Translations under genes and position numbers: made by a program | NCBI GenBank assembly: GCA_021299175.1 | Contig: JAJTFY010000003.1 | Span: 1,462 to 65,461, forward strand | DNA length: 64,000 nucleotides | Source of the DNA: Chitinophagaceae bacterium | Lineage (GTDB): Bacteria; Bacteroidota; Bacteroidia; Chitinophagales; Chitinophagaceae | Direction of reading: 5' to 3' | Shown here: in pieces, positions 27,361-36,222 of the stretch | How positions within the stretch are numbered: position 1 is the first letter of the stretch | Layout of the letters: each line of letters opens with the position of its first letter | The notes under the pieces: generated by a model | What the model saw: the letters and a program-made list of their open reading frames with translations, nothing else | Told to the model about the DNA's origin: nothing | Databases searched by the model: none

Positions 27361-29064
27361 CTATTTTTTCTTTTTTTTATTCACCTTATCAGTATTTCCT
27401 TCCAAAGACATTCTTAGACCTTTGGTAGTGGATGCCAATTTGAGCGCATCAAAGGCATTGACAATTCCACCTGTAATAGAAAGCTGATCCAAACTTATTT
27501 TTTCATCTTCTGTTCCAGGTTTAGTAAAACTGACAGTGGATGTTTTCTTTGCAGAACGCTCAATTATATCCTTTACCTGCTCTGCTGACAGATCAGGATA
27601 ATAGGAAAGGATAAGGGCCGCCAAACCGGCAACGACAGGGGATGCCATGCTCGTTCCATCTTTTTCTCCATAGGTATTTCCACCAGGGATGGAGGAATAA
27701 ATTTTAACTCCAGGAGCAAATACATTGACTTCCCTTTTTCCATAATTGGAAAATGAAGCAGCCAAATCTGATTCAGTTGCACCACTGGCACCAACATTTA
27801 TCCAATTGCTAAAAACCTTGAGTGTGTCATTTCCAAAATTGCGTGAAGGGAAATTATCTTCAGTATCAATGTTCTTGGCATCATTGCCCGCTGCATGTAC
27901 CAAAAGAACACCTTTCGACGCTGCATATTGAACGGCTTCATCAACCCATTTTTTCTCTGGTGAAAAGCTTTTTCCAAAGCTCATGTTCACCACCAAGGCG
28001 CCATTGTCCACAGCATAACGGATTGCATTGGCGATATCTTTATCGTGCTCATCTCCATCGGGAACTGCACGGATGGTCATGATCTCAACATGGTTGGCTA
28101 CTCCGTTGATTCCAACCTGATTTTCCCTTGAAGCGCCTATGATTCCTGCCACATGGGTGCCATGGGAAGGATCACTACCCATGAGGTCATTGTTGCCATA
28201 AAATCGATCATTGATGTCATTGTAATTGTCTTTGACAACATCCTGCCTATACCTTATCGGTTCTTTTTCTACAGCCTCAACCTTGGATTTTTCTCCTTCA
28301 TAGAATTGAATGAGGTCTGCAATCAAACCAACATTGGTGTTTTCCATCTGCCTGGTTTGCTGGAAAAAACCCAGTACTACGGATTTCGCTTTGATCGCCG
28401 AGGCTTCTGAAGGTTTGAAATCCTGAAGTTCATCTCCAGTATAGCGCTCCTTGCCCATCGACAATTTCAGGATGCTATCAGCTGAAGGAATTTTTGCAAC
28501 CAAATCCTTTAAAATCATTACATACATGCTAGCTTCCTTCGCTTGTGCTTCAATTTGGTTCTTTGCTTTGGTGAATAGTTGATACTGCATTTTTTTCTCC
28601 CCGGATAGGCTGCTTTCATCTACGGTTCCATTTCCAAATTCAGGCTTGAACTTGTAGTAAACCCTTACTGCTTCGTAGCTATCTTTTCCAACGTTTTTGC
28701 CATCTTTACCTCCAATGAAGTTCCATCCTTGGATATCGTCAATGTACCCGTTTTTATCATCATCAATGCCATTTCCTGGGATTTCCTTTCTGTTTTTCCA
28801 TAGAATAGGCTTCAAATCCTCATGTGCAGTATCAATGCCTGAATCAATGACGGCTACAATGATCTTCTTTTTTGGAGACTTACCCATCAGGAATTCTTTG
28901 TAGGCCTTGTCTGCCGAAATACCATAAATGCCACTAGATTGATGGTCTTCCAAATGCCAGCCTTTTTTGTAGGCCTCAGGTTTTTCATTGAGCGATTGTG
29001 CACTTACAAATCTGTGGCTGGCAACAAAAAGCAAGACGAGTGGTAATAGCTTGGTATAATTCAT
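27361..29064 (-). CDS. S8 (subtilisin-like) serine peptidase, secreted
   Basis: 567 aa. Signal peptide and catalytic triad contexts VIDSGID, HGTHVAGIIGA and DGTSMASPVVAG. Confidence 0.9.
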   Translation of the reverse strand: MNYTKLLPLVLLFVASHRFVSAQSLNEKPEAYKKGWHLEDHQSSGIYGISADKAYKEFLMGKSPKKKIIVAVIDSGIDTAHEDLKPILWKNRKEIPGNGIDDDKNGYIDDIQGWNFIGGKDGKNVGKDSYEAVRVYYKFKPEFGNGTVDESSLSGEKKMQYQLFTKAKNQIEAQAKEASMYVMILKDLVAKIPSADSILKLSMGKERYTGDELQDFKPSEASAIKAKSVVLGFFQQTRQMENTNVGLIADLIQFYEGEKSKVEAVEKEPIRYRQDVVKDNYNDINDRFYGNNDLMGSDPSHGTHVAGIIGASRENQVGINGVANHVEIMTIRAVPDGDEHDKDIANAIRYAVDNGALVVNMSFGKSFSPEKKWVDEAVQYAASKGVLLVHAAGNDAKNIDTEDNFPSRNFGNDTLKVFSNWINVGASGATESDLAASFSNYGKREVNVFAPGVKIYSSIPGGNTYGEKDGTSMASPVVAGLAALILSYYPDLSAEQVKDIIERSAKKTSTVSFTKPGTEDEKISLDQLSITGGIVNAFDALKLASTTKGLRMSLEGNTDKVNKKKKK

Positions 29065-29079
29065 ATAAATAATTGATTG

Positions 29080-30099
29080 TTAATGTTTTAAATTTTGTTT
29101 TATGGATTTTTTATTGAGCATAAAAAGCAATACAAGTGATATTGGCCCGGTAATGAAAAGCATAACTGTTTGAACTGCCCAGAGCAGCCAGCCAAATGCA
29201 AGTCCGGAAACTTCTTTCACGCCATAGAGCAATAATGTTTTTTGAACAGCAAATTGATACGCACCAATGCCTCCTTGGGTTGCAATCATGGCAAAACTAC
29301 CAAATGTCAGGATGGTAAGGGATGGCACCCATCCAAGTTGAACAAGATCCTCCATGGCATAAAAGCCAACCCTGATGCTGGAGAGGTAAAGAAACCATAT
29401 GGACAAAGTATATACAATAAACATGGTCTTGTTTTCAATCTTTCTAACACTGATCAGTCCTTCTACAATGCCTTTTATCCAGTTGTTTATTTTTGACAGC
29501 AATGCAGAATGGCGTGCTTTTTTATATATAAAGTAAATGATAGCAGCCATGGAGAATAAAAGAATGATCAAAAACAAAATAGCTGTTGGAGAAGCATTGA
29601 TTTTTGATAGAATTTGATCAAAAAGTTCCTTTGCATATCCTCCAACAAGATCAATTTGTGTTGAAATAGCAAGGAAGATTACCAAAATCAGGCAAATAAG
29701 GTCCAATACCCTTTCTGCAACCATTGTTCCAATCAGTTTATCAACAGGAATTTTTTCATATTTGCCCAGAAGACTGCATTTCATCACTTCTCCCAGTCTT
29801 GGAAACAAAAGGTTGAAGAAAAAACCAGTAAGCACCGCAAGAAAGACATTTGAGGTGCCGGGAGTTTTCCCCAGCGGTTTAATCAACATTTTCCACCTGA
29901 TGGCCCTGATATAATGACTGAGGACAAGAATGAGGATACAAGGAACAATAATGATTGGTTTTGCATTGAAAACCAATTGTTTGACTTTATTGATTTCATT
30001 TGCTGTGAATGACTTTGTTGAGAACCAAATCAGGAAAACACCCAATGAAAGGAAAAAGATGAATTGCAATATGGTTTTGATCCTTTTGATGAGCATCAA
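29080..30099 (-). CDS. lysylphosphatidylglycerol-synthase-TM-region-like (UPF0104, flippase-like) membrane protein
   Basis: 339 aa with about 8 TM helices. The N-terminal pattern and length fit UPF0104, with no catalytic C-domain. Confidence 0.7.
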   Translation of the reverse strand: MMLIKRIKTILQFIFFLSLGVFLIWFSTKSFTANEINKVKQLVFNAKPIIIVPCILILVLSHYIRAIRWKMLIKPLGKTPGTSNVFLAVLTGFFFNLLFPRLGEVMKCSLLGKYEKIPVDKLIGTMVAERVLDLICLILVIFLAISTQIDLVGGYAKELFDQILSKINASPTAILFLIILLFSMAAIIYFIYKKARHSALLSKINNWIKGIVEGLISVRKIENKTMFIVYTLSIWFLYLSSIRVGFYAMEDLVQLGWVPSLTILTFGSFAMIATQGGIGAYQFAVQKTLLLYGVKEVSGLAFGWLLWAVQTVMLFITGPISLVLLFMLNKKSIKQNLKH

Positions 30100-30217
30100 G
30101 TGTTTTAAAGCGTAAAGTTAACCAAATGCACGGTTGAAGAACATGTAAATCTTTGTCAATTATTTAGCCCAAAAGGATCCGAAATGGCCATTGGCAGGCA
30201 AATCCGATAAAATTTCT

Positions 30218-30225
30218 TATTTTTG
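30218..30225 (+). promoter_or_regulatory. -7 promoter box TATTTTTG for the GlgA-like gene
   Basis: Exact TAnnTTTG match, about 35 nt upstream of the ATG at 30260. Confidence 0.45.
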
Positions 30226-30259
30226 CATGCAATTTCGTCCGCTTCATCAATCCAAACAA

Positions 30260-31075
30260 ATGGTAAGCAAAAAAAGAATTCTCTTTATAGCCAACGAGAT
30301 GTCGCCTTACCTTGAGCTCACAGAGTTCTCGGAAATCGTAAATAAACTTGCGATTAAAGCCAATGATACCGGCTATGAAGTGAGGTGCATCATGCCCAGA
30401 TTTGGAACAATCAATGAAAGAAGACATCGTCTCCATGAGGTGGTGAGGCTCTCTGGAATCAATATTTCCATCGAAAACGATGATTATCCGCTGCAAATTA
30501 AGGTAGCTTCTCTGCCCAATGCAAGGCTACAGGTTTATTTTTTGGATAACGAGGATATGTTCAAGCGTAAATTTGTTTTCCAAGATGAAAATGAAAAATG
30601 GTATGATGACAATGGAATCCGTTCCATTTTCTTCTGCAAAGGAGCCCTCGAAACCGTCAAAAAATTCGGATGGCCTCCAGACATTATTCACTGCAGTGGC
30701 TGGATGACTGGTCTAATTCCGCTTTTTTTGAAAACTGCCTACAAGAAAGAACCTGTTTTCAGCAATAGCAAGGTCTTGTTTACCATTGGTCAGAATACTT
30801 TCAATGAGAAGCTGGGGGATGATTTCCTTAAATTAAGCATGATCAATGTTGGTATCAAGGAAAAAGATCTTGAGCCATATAAAAATATTGATAACACAGC
30901 GCTTTTCAATGGAGCTGCCACTTATGCTGACGCTATTTCATTTGGCGATGGGGAAGTAGAAAAGGCTTTGGTCGATCAGTTTTCCAAAGTCAAAGGCAAG
31001 AAGGTAATTCCTTACAATCAGGACTCTGATTTAACAGAGTATTTACAATTGTATGGCGACCTTGCAAACAAATAA
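30260..31075 (+). CDS. short glycogen/starch-synthase-like protein (N-terminal GT5 half only)
   Basis: About 271 aa from MVSKKRILFIANEMSPY. Matches the GlgA N-domain (ILFIANEMSPY..., HCSGWMTGLIP). The C-terminal nucleotide-sugar-binding half is absent. Confidence 0.8.
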   Translation: MVSKKRILFIANEMSPYLELTEFSEIVNKLAIKANDTGYEVRCIMPRFGTINERRHRLHEVVRLSGINISIENDDYPLQIKVASLPNARLQVYFLDNEDMFKRKFVFQDENEKWYDDNGIRSIFFCKGALETVKKFGWPPDIIHCSGWMTGLIPLFLKTAYKKEPVFSNSKVLFTIGQNTFNEKLGDDFLKLSMINVGIKEKDLEPYKNIDNTALFNGAATYADAISFGDGEVEKALVDQFSKVKGKKVIPYNQDSDLTEYLQLYGDLANK

Positions 31076-31107
31076 TTAATCAGTCAGGAAACGCTAAATT
31101 ATATTAA

Positions 31108-32550
31108 GTGAGATATCGAAGTTTGTTGAAAGTCCTGGTTTTTGTTTTTTCCATTGCTTTTTTTTCAAATTGTACCAAAATCAAGGGTACAGATATCGGT
31201 GCTGGACTTCTTCCAGCCATAGATAATGTCATTACATTTGATACCACTTTCGAAGTGGTTGCCTCAACCTATCTTACACCCGATTCCCTCTTTCCTCGTT
31301 TGGGCAGGGATATCAATGGCAATGCTGGTCAATTTATCTTGGGACATATTTCCAATAATCCTCAGTTTGGAAAGACCACCGCTTCCATTTTTCTGGAGTT
31401 AAAACCGTCCAATTATCCCCTCTATTTTGAAACTGTGCCTGACAGTCTTTACCTTGATTCGGCAGTACTTTGTTTGCGATGGACCAACACTTTCGGAGAT
31501 ACAAATGCACTCCAAACCATCAATGTTCACCGTATTTCAGAAAAATTAAATTCAGATTCAGCATATCTGACCAACAAGTCAGTTCGGTATGGAGAATTGA
31601 TTGGGACAAAAACTTTTGCACCCTCGGTTTTGAATGATTCCCTCTTCCTCTTCCGTCAAAACCTCAGCAACCAATTGCGCATCAAACTCAATAATTCCTT
31701 TGCAAGGGCTCTTCTCTCTTTTGATACAACCGGAGTAAGTCCTTATAAGTCTGATTCTCTCTATCGTGAATTCCTCAAAGGGTTTGCACTGGTTCCACAA
31801 ACCAGCGGTAGCAATGCCAATGCCCTCATGAGTTTTGCCATGAGTGATACGGCTACCCAACTTCGTCTTTACTATCGTTATACGAAAGGCGGAATTGCGG
31901 ATACAACTTTTAAGAATTTTATTTTTAACAATGGCATTCCTGGAGCATCAGCCAATCAAATTGTCAGGAATTATGCTGGTAGTGAAACACCTGTTCATCT
32001 TGGCACAAAACCCCGAGGCGATAGTCTTGTCTATCTTCAATCTGCTCCTGGTACTTATTCCATGCTCAAGATTCCTGGTTTGGATCAATTCAAACAGAAA
32101 AAAGGCAATGTGATGATTCATCTTGCTCAACTCTCCATGCAGGAAGTGTCCACACCAGGAAGACGCCCCAGTATCTTTCAAACGCCTGACTTCCTTTATG
32201 TTGAGATGTTTGACTCTACCAACAAGAAATACTATCCTTTTATTTCTGACGGATTTATCAATGGTAAATTTGAGCCTTTACTCTTTGGCGGACAACGAAA
32301 ATATTTTTCTGATAATTCTGGACAGTTTTTATCTGCCTACAACATGAATCTTACCAGGTACCTACAGGGTATCATTACCAGAAACAATCCCAATTTTCAG
32401 CTGCGGTTAACCGCTCCATACAGCCTTCGTTATGAAGATCTATTCATAACTTTTGCGCTCAATAATCTTTGCAAGGGAGATGTAGTCCTTGGTGGTGGTA
32501 ATCATTCCTCAAAAAAAATGAAATTCAGGGTTGTTTATTCTAAACTTTGA
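31108..32550 (+). CDS. DUF4270-like lipoprotein
   Basis: 480 aa. Signal plus lipobox-like FFSNC. Its position directly after the short GlgA-like gene is the usual Bacteroidota arrangement as I recall it. Confidence 0.6.
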   Translation: MRYRSLLKVLVFVFSIAFFSNCTKIKGTDIGAGLLPAIDNVITFDTTFEVVASTYLTPDSLFPRLGRDINGNAGQFILGHISNNPQFGKTTASIFLELKPSNYPLYFETVPDSLYLDSAVLCLRWTNTFGDTNALQTINVHRISEKLNSDSAYLTNKSVRYGELIGTKTFAPSVLNDSLFLFRQNLSNQLRIKLNNSFARALLSFDTTGVSPYKSDSLYREFLKGFALVPQTSGSNANALMSFAMSDTATQLRLYYRYTKGGIADTTFKNFIFNNGIPGASANQIVRNYAGSETPVHLGTKPRGDSLVYLQSAPGTYSMLKIPGLDQFKQKKGNVMIHLAQLSMQEVSTPGRRPSIFQTPDFLYVEMFDSTNKKYYPFISDGFINGKFEPLLFGGQRKYFSDNSGQFLSAYNMNLTRYLQGIITRNNPNFQLRLTAPYSLRYEDLFITFALNNLCKGDVVLGGGNHSSKKMKFRVVYSKL

Positions 32551-32559
32551 TTTTCACGT

Positions 32560-32567
32560 TATATTTG
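32560..32567 (+). promoter_or_regulatory. -7 promoter box TATATTTG for metK
   Basis: Exact TAnnTTTG match, 20 nt upstream of the metK ATG. Confidence 0.45.
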
Positions 32568-32586
32568 CATAAACCAAAACAACATC

Positions 32587-33846
32587 ATGCCATACCTGTT
32601 TACATCAGAGAGCGTTTCCGAAGGACATCCTGACAAAGTAGCAGATCAGATTTCAGACGCCCTGATCGACAATTTTCTAGCTTTTGACCCCATGGCCAAA
32701 GTGGCCTGCGAAACTTTGGTAACAACCGGACAAGTGGTACTGGCAGGAGAGGTCAAGGCCAATTGTACGCTTGATGTACAAAAAATTGCCCGTGATGTTA
32801 TCGCTAAGATTGGATATACCAAGAGTGAGTATATGTTTGAGGCAAACTCATGTGGTATACTCTCTGCTATCCATGAACAATCTGCAGATATCAACAGGGG
32901 TGTTGAACGCAAAAAGAAAGAAGACCAAGGAGCTGGTGATCAGGGAATGATGTTTGGTTATGCAACCAACGAAACAGAAAACCTCATGCCTTTGGCTTTG
33001 GATCTGGCCCATAAAATTTTGATTGAACTAGCGGACATCAGGAGGGAAAAAAGAAGCAAAATGCCCTATTTGCGCCCTGACGCTAAAAGCCAGGTAACCA
33101 TTGAGTATGACGACAATGACAAACCACTCAGGATTGATGCCATTGTTGTATCTACCCAACACGACGACTTCTCCAAAAGCGACAAAAAAATGTTGGATAC
33201 TATCAAGCATGATATCATCAACATTGTCATTCCCCGTGTGAAAGCAAAGTGCAAAAAAGACGTTCAGAAACTATTCAACAACATTACTTACCATATCAAT
33301 CCTACCGGTAAATTCGTAATCGGTGGACCACATGGTGATACAGGCCTGACGGGTAGAAAAATCATCGTTGATACCTATGGTGGAAAAGGTGCTCATGGTG
33401 GTGGTGCATTCAGCGGTAAAGATCCATCCAAAGTTGACAGGAGTGCAGCTTATGCCGCACGCCATATAGCCAAGAACATGGTTGCAGCCGGTGTTGCTGA
33501 TGAAATGCTTGTACAGGTTTCTTATGCAATCGGTGTTGCAAAACCAATGGGTATTTTTGTAGATACCTATGGAACCTCAAAAGTCAATTTAACCGATGGT
33601 CAGATTGCTAAAAAAGTTGAAGCCCTGTTTGATATGCGCCCTTATGCCATTGAAACAAGGTTGAAATTGAGGAATCCCATTTACCAGGAAACTGCTGCTT
33701 ACGGACACATGGGCAGAAAGAACGAAATGGTGAAGAAAACATTCGCACAGCCCGGTGGTGGAACAAAAACCATGGAAGTTGAACTATTTACGTGGGAAAA
33801 ACTTGATTTTGTTTCAAAAGTAAAGACTGCATTCAAAATCAAATAA
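32587..33846 (+). CDS. metK: S-adenosylmethionine synthetase
   Basis: 419 aa. Motifs [34 protein letters not shown] and DRSAAYAAR. Confidence 0.95.
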   Translation: MPYLFTSESVSEGHPDKVADQISDALIDNFLAFDPMAKVACETLVTTGQVVLAGEVKANCTLDVQKIARDVIAKIGYTKSEYMFEANSCGILSAIHEQSADINRGVERKKKEDQGAGDQGMMFGYATNETENLMPLALDLAHKILIELADIRREKRSKMPYLRPDAKSQVTIEYDDNDKPLRIDAIVVSTQHDDFSKSDKKMLDTIKHDIINIVIPRVKAKCKKDVQKLFNNITYHINPTGKFVIGGPHGDTGLTGRKIIVDTYGGKGAHGGGAFSGKDPSKVDRSAAYAARHIAKNMVAAGVADEMLVQVSYAIGVAKPMGIFVDTYGTSKVNLTDGQIAKKVEALFDMRPYAIETRLKLRNPIYQETAAYGHMGRKNEMVKKTFAQPGGGTKTMEVELFTWEKLDFVSKVKTAFKIK

Positions 33847-33867
33847 TTGACGATATTTTCATTCTGT

Positions 33868-33893
33868 AAACCCTCCTTTATGGAGGGTTTATT
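33868..33893 (+). terminator. hairpin terminator after metK
   Basis: 9-bp stem AAACCCTCC / GGAGGGTTT. The same stem sequence follows rpmE. Confidence 0.55.
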
Positions 33894-33907
33894 CATTATC
33901 AGCACAC

Positions 33908-34456
33908 ATGGACAATAACTGGATCAAACTTGGAACCGTTCATCAATATGATAATCCATGGATTTCTGTATCAGAAGACCAGGTCATCAATCCTGCTGGG
34001 AATAAAGGCATTTATGGTATTGTTCATTTTAAGAACCTCGCCATTGGGGTAATTCCCATGGATGAAGAAGGAAATATCTATATGGTGGGACAATATAGGT
34101 ATGTAACCGGCAAATACAGCATTGAAATTCCTGAAGGTGGTGGCCCACTTGACATTGATCCATTGGATTCTGCCAAACGGGAATTAAAAGAAGAAACTGG
34201 TCTTGAAGCAAATAGCTGGGAGAAATTGTTTGAAATGGATCTCTCCAACTCAGTAACGGATGAGAGGGCAATTGTTTATCTTGCAACTGACTTGCAGCAA
34301 GGAGAATCAAACCCTGAGGAAACAGAAGAATTGACCGTTTCAAAAATACACATTACCGAAGCGTATCAAATGGTATTGGATGGTAAAATCACAGATTCAA
34401 TTACGGTTGCTGCCCTTTTTAAAATGAAGATCAAATCGTTGGAAAATGAGAAATGA
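33908..34456 (+). CDS. NUDIX hydrolase (ADP-ribose pyrophosphatase-like)
   Basis: 182 aa. Nudix box PEGGGPLDIDPLDSAKRELKEETGL. Confidence 0.85.
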   Translation: MDNNWIKLGTVHQYDNPWISVSEDQVINPAGNKGIYGIVHFKNLAIGVIPMDEEGNIYMVGQYRYVTGKYSIEIPEGGGPLDIDPLDSAKRELKEETGLEANSWEKLFEMDLSNSVTDERAIVYLATDLQQGESNPEETEELTVSKIHITEAYQMVLDGKITDSITVAALFKMKIKSLENEK

Positions 34457-35207
34457 AATGAACAGATCCTCCTCCAATATCATCGGCCGCCAGCCTGTTT
34501 TGGAAGCATTGAGGGATGGAGCACAGCTTGAAAGAATTTTCTTGCAAAAAAATATAGGAGGAGAAGGAGTTGACGAAATCAAGCAATTGGCCCAAAAACT
34601 CAATATCCCGATCAATACTGTTCCCATAGAAAAATTACATTCTATGACCCGGGCCAATCACCAGGGTGTAATTGGAGTCAACAGCATCATATCATTTCAT
34701 GATTTACAGGAATCTATTGACAATGTGCTTCAAAGGGGAGAAGTACCCCTTTTTATTATGCTTGATGGCATCACTGATGTGCGCAATATTGGTGCGATCG
34801 CAAGAACCGCACTTTGTTGTGGGGCGCAGATCATGATCATTCCAGACAAAGGAATTGGAGCCATCAATGAAGAAGCAATGAAATCATCTGCCGGAGCACT
34901 TCAGCGTATTTTGGTATGTCGTGTCAACAGTTTGCTCAAAGCCATTGATACTTTGCATTTGAATGATATCAAGGTATTTACTGCAGAAATGAAATCAGCG
35001 CTCAAGGTTTACCATGCTGATTTCAAACAACCTGCTTGTATTGTCATGGGCAGTGAAGACAAAGGCATACAGCCATTTATCACAAAGGCTGCTGACTTTC
35101 CCTTTACCATTCCTATGCAAGGCAGTTTTGATTCTTTCAATGTTGGTATAGCGGCAGGTATTGTGTTATTTGAAGCCAGCAAACAACGAATGGGCATTAT
35201 ATCATAA
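34446..35207 (+). CDS. rlmB: SpoU/TrmH-family RNA 2'-O-methyltransferase (RlmB-like)
   Basis: 253 aa. N-terminal L30e-like substrate domain (GRQPVLEAL) and SpoU motifs (LDGITDVRNIGAIART, VMGSEDKG, SFNVGIAAGIVLFE). Confidence 0.8.
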   Translation: MRNEMNRSSSNIIGRQPVLEALRDGAQLERIFLQKNIGGEGVDEIKQLAQKLNIPINTVPIEKLHSMTRANHQGVIGVNSIISFHDLQESIDNVLQRGEVPLFIMLDGITDVRNIGAIARTALCCGAQIMIIPDKGIGAINEEAMKSSAGALQRILVCRVNSLLKAIDTLHLNDIKVFTAEMKSALKVYHADFKQPACIVMGSEDKGIQPFITKAADFPFTIPMQGSFDSFNVGIAAGIVLFEASKQRMGIIS

Positions 35208-35218
35208 AACAAAAGACA

Positions 35219-36187
35219 ATGGATTTTCGCCTGGAATTTGATCCACCTTCTTTGAGCCGGAAAATCGACCTGGATGAAAAAATCATGCTTGTGGGTTCAT
35301 GTTTCACCGAACATGTCTACAATTATCTTGTTGCATCAAAATTTTGTGCATTACAAAATCCCAATGGCGTCCTTTTCAACCCAATAAGCATTGCGAATGC
35401 CCTGATCCGGTATGTTGACAATAAACATATAGCAGCCAAAGAGTTGTTCGAGCAAAATGGACTCTGGAATCACTGGGATTTTCACTCTAATATCAGTTGC
35501 ACCAGCCAGGATGAAAGTCTTCATCGCATGAATGAAAAGATCAATGTTGCCAATTCCTTTTTAAAACATTCACAATGGTTGATTGTTACACTTGGATCTG
35601 CCTATGTATATGAAAGGCAAGATGCCGAGGTTGTAGCCAACTGTCATAAAATGCCCGCAGCTTGTTTTACAAAACGAATGCTGGATCCTGATGAGATTAT
35701 CTCAACATATTCTACGCTCATCGCACAACTGAAACAGTTTAATCATACCCTCAATATCATTTTCACCATAAGTCCAGTAAGGCACCTGAGAGATGGTTTT
35801 GTTGAAAACAACCGAAGTAAGGCCGTTCTCATTCATGCTGTCGACAAACTAGTAAAACAGCATGATCATCTTTATTATTTTCCCTCTTACGAACTGGTTG
35901 TTGATGACCTCCGAGATTATCGGTTTTATGCCGAAGACATGGTTCATCCTAATTACCTGGCTACCCGCTATGTTTGGGAAAAATTTTGTGTTGCTACCAT
36001 CAATGGAAGATCAAGAGAAGTAATGAAAGAATTGGATCAGCTGAACACGGCCTTTCATCACAAACCACTTCACCCTGATTCAGCCGAACACAGTAAATTC
36101 AAGAGCAAGTTTAAAGAAATTGCCGAATCGCTGTCCGCAAGGTTTCCCTCCATAGACCTGAACAAGGAAATCAACCATTTCAGTTGA
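35219..36187 (+). CDS. GSCFA-domain protein
   Basis: 322 aa. The eponymous motif region is MLVGSCFTEHV. Confidence 0.8.
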   Translation: MDFRLEFDPPSLSRKIDLDEKIMLVGSCFTEHVYNYLVASKFCALQNPNGVLFNPISIANALIRYVDNKHIAAKELFEQNGLWNHWDFHSNISCTSQDESLHRMNEKINVANSFLKHSQWLIVTLGSAYVYERQDAEVVANCHKMPAACFTKRMLDPDEIISTYSTLIAQLKQFNHTLNIIFTISPVRHLRDGFVENNRSKAVLIHAVDKLVKQHDHLYYFPSYELVVDDLRDYRFYAEDMVHPNYLATRYVWEKFCVATINGRSREVMKELDQLNTAFHHKPLHPDSAEHSKFKSKFKEIAESLSARFPSIDLNKEINHFS

Positions 36188-36222
36188 ATTATTGTAGCTA
36201 ACTTTAAGACAGATTTACAGCC

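Noticed and set aside
32551-32586. SAM riboswitch upstream of metK
   Set aside because: The intergenic space is only 36 nt and is occupied by a TATATTTG promoter box, leaving no room for an aptamer.
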